Made by a program: the position numbers and the translations under genes. DNA of 61,720 nucleotides, the filler included, from Hausera hauseri (Eukaryota), in NCBI GenBank assembly GCA_046269625.1. It is 9 parts of 9 records of this genome, joined end to end, with 100 filler letters (N's around TTAATTAATTAA, not from the genome) between each part and the next. Parts side by side here need not be neighbours in the genome. Positions count along the whole stretch, not along the records: positions 55,416 to 61,720 come from JBJURY010114987.1; 8 more parts are not named here. One strand, given 5' to 3'. The notes under the pieces are model-generated. The model did not search any database and was not told the origin of the DNA. It was given only the letters and a program-made list of their open reading frames with translations. Positions 55,900 to 61,720 of this stretch are shown piece by piece (the first letter of the stretch is position 1; every line of letters starts with the position of its first letter).

Positions 55900-58800
55900 T
55901 TATAACGACATACTATTGAATTCAGAACGAATATTGACAGGCATAAGTCGGACATTAGTTTAAATTTAGTCCCAGACGATAAAGAAAATATTAACATACG
56001 CGAAATACGCAACAAAGTATATACATAAGGTAAGACGTTGAGCAGACGCACCTTATCTGAAACGAATTTAGCTAATATTAAAACTAATAATTTAGACGCT
56101 GTCGAACAACTTATTGAATTTATAATCCCCGATAAACGAATTAAAACTCGTAAGCTAATTAAGCAAAGTCTAATAAATGTAGAAAACATGATTGAGAATC
56201 AAGCAGTTCCGCAGAAGTTGGATATCTTTAAATTTGACTCTGAATCTGCCGGCGTACGACGGAGACCCGGACGGATTTAATGAATTCTTAAGAACTTATA
56301 AGTTGCATGCAGAAAGTGCTGGACTTGCATGTAACGTAATGATTAAACGTTTATCATTATATTTGAAAAATTTGGCCGCTGATGCTCATAGTGAACTCAC
56401 TGATGATGAGAAGAAATCCTGGTCCTCTCTCGTAGGGTCATGTCCAAATCCACAAAGCGTTTCGTTTGTTGAGCCTAGTAAAACTAATGTAGTTAGGAAT
56501 AAAAATTTAGAAGCCGTTTATGGCATCCGTAAAGACAAAGGTATGATCATAGACATACAAGATTTACGACATCTCCTAAAAGCTCAATCTGATACCAGTG
56601 ATCTAAAAGTCTTAATGGCCAAGAATGGGTATGAGCACAAGTTACGATTGTTAGAAGTATATCATGGCCTACGCAAACCAGAAACGGAATACGAACTTTC
56701 TATTGCCCCGCCAAAGCTTACCGATATGGCATGTAAAAAGAATGTTCGAGCGGTTCATAAAGAAGCAGGGGAAACGGAAAATCCTGAGACTCCGGATGAA
56801 GTAGACTTAGACGCAGAAGCGGAATATATGATAGAAAAAGTAGACAAAACCATAGAAGTTGACGAAGAAAAAGAATTTATGGAACCACTAATACTCAAAA
56901 TTACGAAGAATAGAGGCCGTAGTCCATCATTGAAGTGGAAACGTAAAGATCGTTCACAATCTTCAATGAATAAAGAAAAGTCGCGCAGGGCAAAAGAAAC
57001 CGAAAATGCTCTAGAAAGCGACGTAGAGTTCAATTTGAATACCCCGGAAACCGGGCTAGTTACCCTTGTCGGAATAGAAAAATTAATAAATGAAATAAAT
57101 GATATGTCGATTGCTTATTAGTGAAGAAGAGGCAGACCAAAGTGAGGAATTCGATCGTAAAAAGTGAAAAATCGGACGTTCATGGAAAAACACTGATGAA
57201 TTAAAATGAGGATTATTTGTCACGATCCAGACGAACTGCAGCAGAATCTAGAAAAACTTAAAGAAATGAGCGAACAAGTAGACATTTCCAGTAAGAAGCA
57301 GCAGTTCGTACAGAGATTGTACAAGAAAATGAAGTTAAGGAAAGTTAATTGAAGCTATGGATCTAGAACAACCTGCGGAGGTATCCCCGAACACAATAGC
57401 GAAAGAAAACATGAATTAGAAATGTGGATGAAAAGTGGAGTAAAATTACCGGAAGCATAAGACAAAACCACTGAAGACATTGAAGTAAAAATAAATAAAG
57501 CTCAAACATTATTGACTACGTTAAAAGCCAACCGAAAACTAAAGAGAGCAACACGTAACCTAGAACGTGTCATGAATGAAATTAGATTCGAAGTAGTTGA
57601 ACGACTCAAAGAAAAACCGGCCCAGGAAAGAAATGAAACTGACTTAGACATGCTGGGTATATACTCAATAGATATTCCGCTCTTAGTGGAAATGATAAAA
57701 ATCGCTTCCACTGCATCAAAACAATATACTAGCCTGGAAAATCGTATTAAGATTGAAACCGAAAAACTGTCGCAAATATACAGCTTGAGGAATATGATTA
57801 TGAATGTGAATAATGAGGAAACACAAAACGTAATTAAGGCTTGTATCCTTGAACTCGAAGAGTACAAAGATGAGTTTAATTATGCCAAATGATTATTGGT
57901 TTTATTAAATGTCCGGATGATGAATGGGAAGACGCCTACAAAATACTAGATGAAGCAATACTGGCAAAACCCATGATTGCTAATCAGTTAATGAATGATC
58001 CCGACTAATAATGAGACTGAGTGAACTAGTAGAGTGCCGTATAAAAGAATTTCTCGAAAGTGAGCCTACATTACAGAAGCAATTATAAGAAAATGCACGA
58101 AACCTAGATACAGTGAGAGCGGAAATAGACATTAGAACTCAATTTGATGCATTACGCCAATTACAATTTATGAAAACCAAACAAGAAATGACGATACTGG
58201 ACAACATATATAAAATGATCGAAGAAACGAACTTTACAGAGAAGTAGAACATGATCTGTAACTTCCATCCGAGATTAAAGAATGTTCGCTTGGAAGGAAT
58301 CCAGCATTTGACATCTAAACATATCAATGAGATCTCAATTCGGGATGTCGAAACTTTAAATGTTTGTGCGGAACATCGATCAGATATACAAGAGGCAATA
58401 GAATTACTACACAAACCCCAAGAGTGGATGATCGTAACAGATCAAAGGTGTCATACGAACTGACCAAAATAAGAAATGACCAGCACCTCAGCTTTGATGA
58501 CGTGAAGTTTGTAAAGAGGTTGCTCGATGTTATAGATCCAGACTCGAAAATTATTCATGAGATGTATGAATTAGCATTACTAATGGTGGAAATGGCAGAA
58601 ATTAGTGATGAAAAAATAAGACAATTGATGCCTCAGATACGGCGAGTCGAAGAAACTTTTATTAAAACCAAACAGAGAGCGATAAGATTAGACGACCTGG
58701 TTAAAGAAAGACATTGTTTTCGAACAACACAAATGAATAAAATGCAACGGAAATTTAGCGAATTAAGAGGATCAACACGGGATGCGGAAGCGGCTCAGCT

Positions 58801-59920
58801 ACTGGACAGGCTAACACTTGATTACAGACCTCCAGATAGTGAAAACGAACCAGAATGGGATGCATACTTAGACGCAATGATTGCTGAGAATCCGAAAACC
58901 ACGGGATCGGAGATTTAGTGTGGAAATGCTTTTAGATTCAGCGCAAACTGAAAAGGACTTAATTAAGTTAATTAATGTAAATCTTACCGAATCTCAATTA
59001 AAACAGCTAGTTTCTACCCTAACTTCTAATAAAGGAATATGCTAAAGTATTAAGGACCACATCCGAATACACAGTTAAAGTAAAAATATCGTCTGACCGG
59101 ATGGACGAGAAAGAGCAAGAGTATACTAAGCGCTCTGTCGTAAGAGACGTGGTACAGTGGCTAATGAATAATGGTTGCGCAAGTGAAATGGACTATAAAC
59201 TTTACTTTAGCCGTTGAATATTAGACGAACTGGAACAATTAATTGACGTCAGAATTATCCCAGGTGAAACGAATCGAATAGTATTGACGGTCGCTACGGA
59301 GGAGACAAAAAAGAGGCCACAAGGACGGCTAAAGCAGATCATTGTGCAGGACGAATCGTGGGAGTTCGAGATATAGCAATGTACTTTAAATACTTGCAAA
59401 CGGACGAAGGCAAAGAACAATTTGATAAGAATTTAGTGCCATCTAGCGAGACCGCACCAGTTATAGCAAATCAGAAGCGTCTTGTTGGTAGACCGCGACA
59501 GGCTCGAGAAGAGACTGATTTTAATGGGATTTAATTAGGGATTTGAGGCAAATGTCCATACCAACACTTAGTCCAGAAAACGAAGAGCTGAATGAACTTA
59601 TGAAAAACTTGATACGCATAGTAAACCACTCTAGTCTCTGTGGCGATATATTAGATGAAAAAGAGAAATCTATAAACCATGCAGCCAAGACAATGAGTAA
59701 TTTACGATGTAAATCATCTAGGAGCACATTAAGCAACGAATCGGTGATCGAAAAGATAACGGTAGAAAACACTATAAAAGAGTTAAGAAAGGTGTGACTA
59801 TATTGAGCCATTAAAACAAACCCTGCCAGAGAAGATGAACTTAACAAGGCCACTAGTCTAGCGCGAAGGGCTGCCAGAAAGCTACCCCGAGACGTAAGCT
59901 GGTCTTTAGTAATAGTAGAT
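55900..59920 (+). pseudogene. Gag (internally deleted) continuing in frame into ORF X
   Basis: PAYDGDPDGFNEFL..LSLYLKNLAADA..W; ORF 56192-57121 runs from Gag into ORF X without a stop; later fragments match copy A. Confidence 0.75.
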
Positions 59921-59928
59921 TCGAAGAT

Positions 59929-61720
59929 ATGTTACGAAATTTAACTGGGAATAATCGGGGAAATGAATCAAACTGGCTAATTAATTTTCTAACTGCGATG
60001 ATGTTAATAAGACAAATAGGAGCGGTTACAATATATGACTGTGCCAAATTCAGACTTGGCCAAAGATATTCATTAATGGATTTGGAAATGTGCGAAAATG
60101 TGAGACCACATAAATTAGAAACAAAAGAAGAAAGATATGTACTGTATCAGCAACGACAGTTAGTCTCATTGGATGAAATAGAATGTATGTTGCGACGATC
60201 TCGCAGTATTTTTCATTGTGGATTAATACACGTACATTCATCTATAATCAAGCCGACGACCCCACTAATTCCAATGAACTTAGAACTCCAGCATTGTAAG
60301 CAGGCTAGAGAGACAGACAGGCTGAAGTTGAACGTCATGGAATTAGAAATGCAGCAAGGGAAAATAATCAGAACATACAAAGTAGCAGCAGGAAGATTAG
60401 ACATGCATACGAGTCACTATAACGGTGCAGAATACGATACTGGAAAGGGATTGCAGTCAAACATAGTGGTTGTGGATTTCTACGAAACCGAGATGCGCAC
60501 ACAAAAAGTGATGTTTCATAGTGTTACTAAGCTCTATACGGAAAACCAAAAGTGATACATCCAAGACAGCACCTGTTCTTTTAGGATTTCAGTAGTAATT
60601 TGAAACCTCCAGACAAGACCGATTGCAATTTCATTAAAATTAAAGAACTGAAGTTTAACGAAACGACAGGAAAACGCTACGTAAGTAATACGGATAAAAA
60701 CTCAAAAATGCGAGAGGATGTAGCGGAACGGCATACACCTACCATATTAATTTCCGATACTCACGGATTAAAGTTTGTGAAGAAAGACGTACTCACAAGG
60801 TGTGATGTATTAATGTACGCCACCAGTTATGAAGCATTCTTTGTAGCTGAAACCGAGGTAAATACCAGAACGTTCAGGCTTGAGACTCAAGATATTCGAA
60901 TTGAAGATTATTTGAAGAATAGAGACGATTATTTCTACTACAAGGGATAGGCCGGAATTACTGAGTTATACCATAAGATGAAAACGGATGACTGTAAACT
61001 AGACTTAGAAGCCATAAGAACCAAACTGGCTTTAATATATGCCAATCCCGAGCTAGCGTCACCAATAATTCCGATAAAAGAAGGCGTTTTTGGACGAGTG
61101 ACGGGAGAAGTTCTGCTGACCTACGAATGCGAGAAGAAGGATGTACCTATTAATGTGGAAGAGAAAAGGTGCATTCAAGAACTTCCAGTGATATATCAGG
61201 ACGTACCGAGATTGGTAACGCCGATTACGACAGTATTACTGGCAAACTCTATATAACCGACGATTCTGAACGATTGTAAGACCAGTTTGGGAGAACCAAT
61301 GTTTAGACATAGCGAAACCGATTGGGTAAGTTTACCGAATGGTGGGATAATTACGCCGCCCACCAAGTTAACAGGAACAAATTTAATAAGCGGAATAATT
61401 GATGATAAGTTTCAAGATGCTGAAGCAAAAGTTACTTATCGGCTAAAAGAAGTAGAGGCATTTAGACAATTTCTCGCTTTCCCACGCCACCGTACGCATG
61501 AATCAAACAGCGCGATGCATACAATACTAGAGGATTCACGTTACCAAGCGAAATGGGAAACGTTACTTGGTGTTAACTACTATCAAAAGGTGACTACTGA
61601 AATATTGTATAAAATTTTGGGAAGGTTTCTGATATTCGGCCGAGCCTCATCAGTATTCCTAGCAATTTATTTCGAAATTCAAATGGTTAAAGCGATAATT
61701 CAAGCGGTAATAAATGGATA
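59929..61720 (+). pseudogene. Chuvirus-like envelope glycoprotein, nearly complete, with a few stops
   Basis: IYDC..SLMDLEMC; LYQQ..IEC.LRRSRSIFHCG..HSSII; GEVLLTYEC..DV..RCIQELPVIY..LVTPIT.VL; DC..PMF; FRQFLAFP; hydrophobic C-terminus FLIFGRASSVFLAIYF. Confidence 0.8.

Larger units (their letters stand above)
55416..61720 (+). mobile_element. LTR retroelement copy C: LTR-PBS-gag (deleted)-ORF X-chuvirus-like env; decayed
   Basis: Collinear with copy A, and its env C-terminus overlaps the start of copy B. Confidence 0.87.

Overview
This window is not one locus. It is nine eukaryotic contigs joined by an artificial 100-bp spacer (N44-TTAATTAATTAA-N44). Contigs 1 (1-20214) and 4 (30912-35193) look teleost. 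Contig 1 holds 17 minus-strand exons of EML5, two of them with disabling lesions, plus fish pogo/Tc1/SINE repeats; contig 4 holds a small spliced F-box-like gene. The other contigs are AT-rich, invertebrate-like and rich in transposable elements. The main discovery is a large, decayed Ty3/Gypsy LTR-retroelement family seen as three diverged copies (24657-30811 minus, 35509-41976 plus, 55416-61720 plus). Their overlapping parts give an unusual order: LTR - PBS (tRNA-Arg-like) - gag (CCHC) - ~1000-aa unknown helical region containing a ubiquitin-like domain and an AT-hook - chuvirus-like envelope glycoprotein - PR-RT-RH-IN - second membrane protein with an FN3-like domain - further ORF. The envelope therefore lies upstream of pol, and the inferred length is over 13 kb. 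Also present: a BEL/Pao element whose Gag has CCCH rather than CCHC fingers, a PHF7/G2E3-type PHD exon next to a decayed MOV10/Armitage helicase, and Tc1, mariner, hAT-like and LINE relics. All family assignments come from motif recognition by eye; no searches were run.
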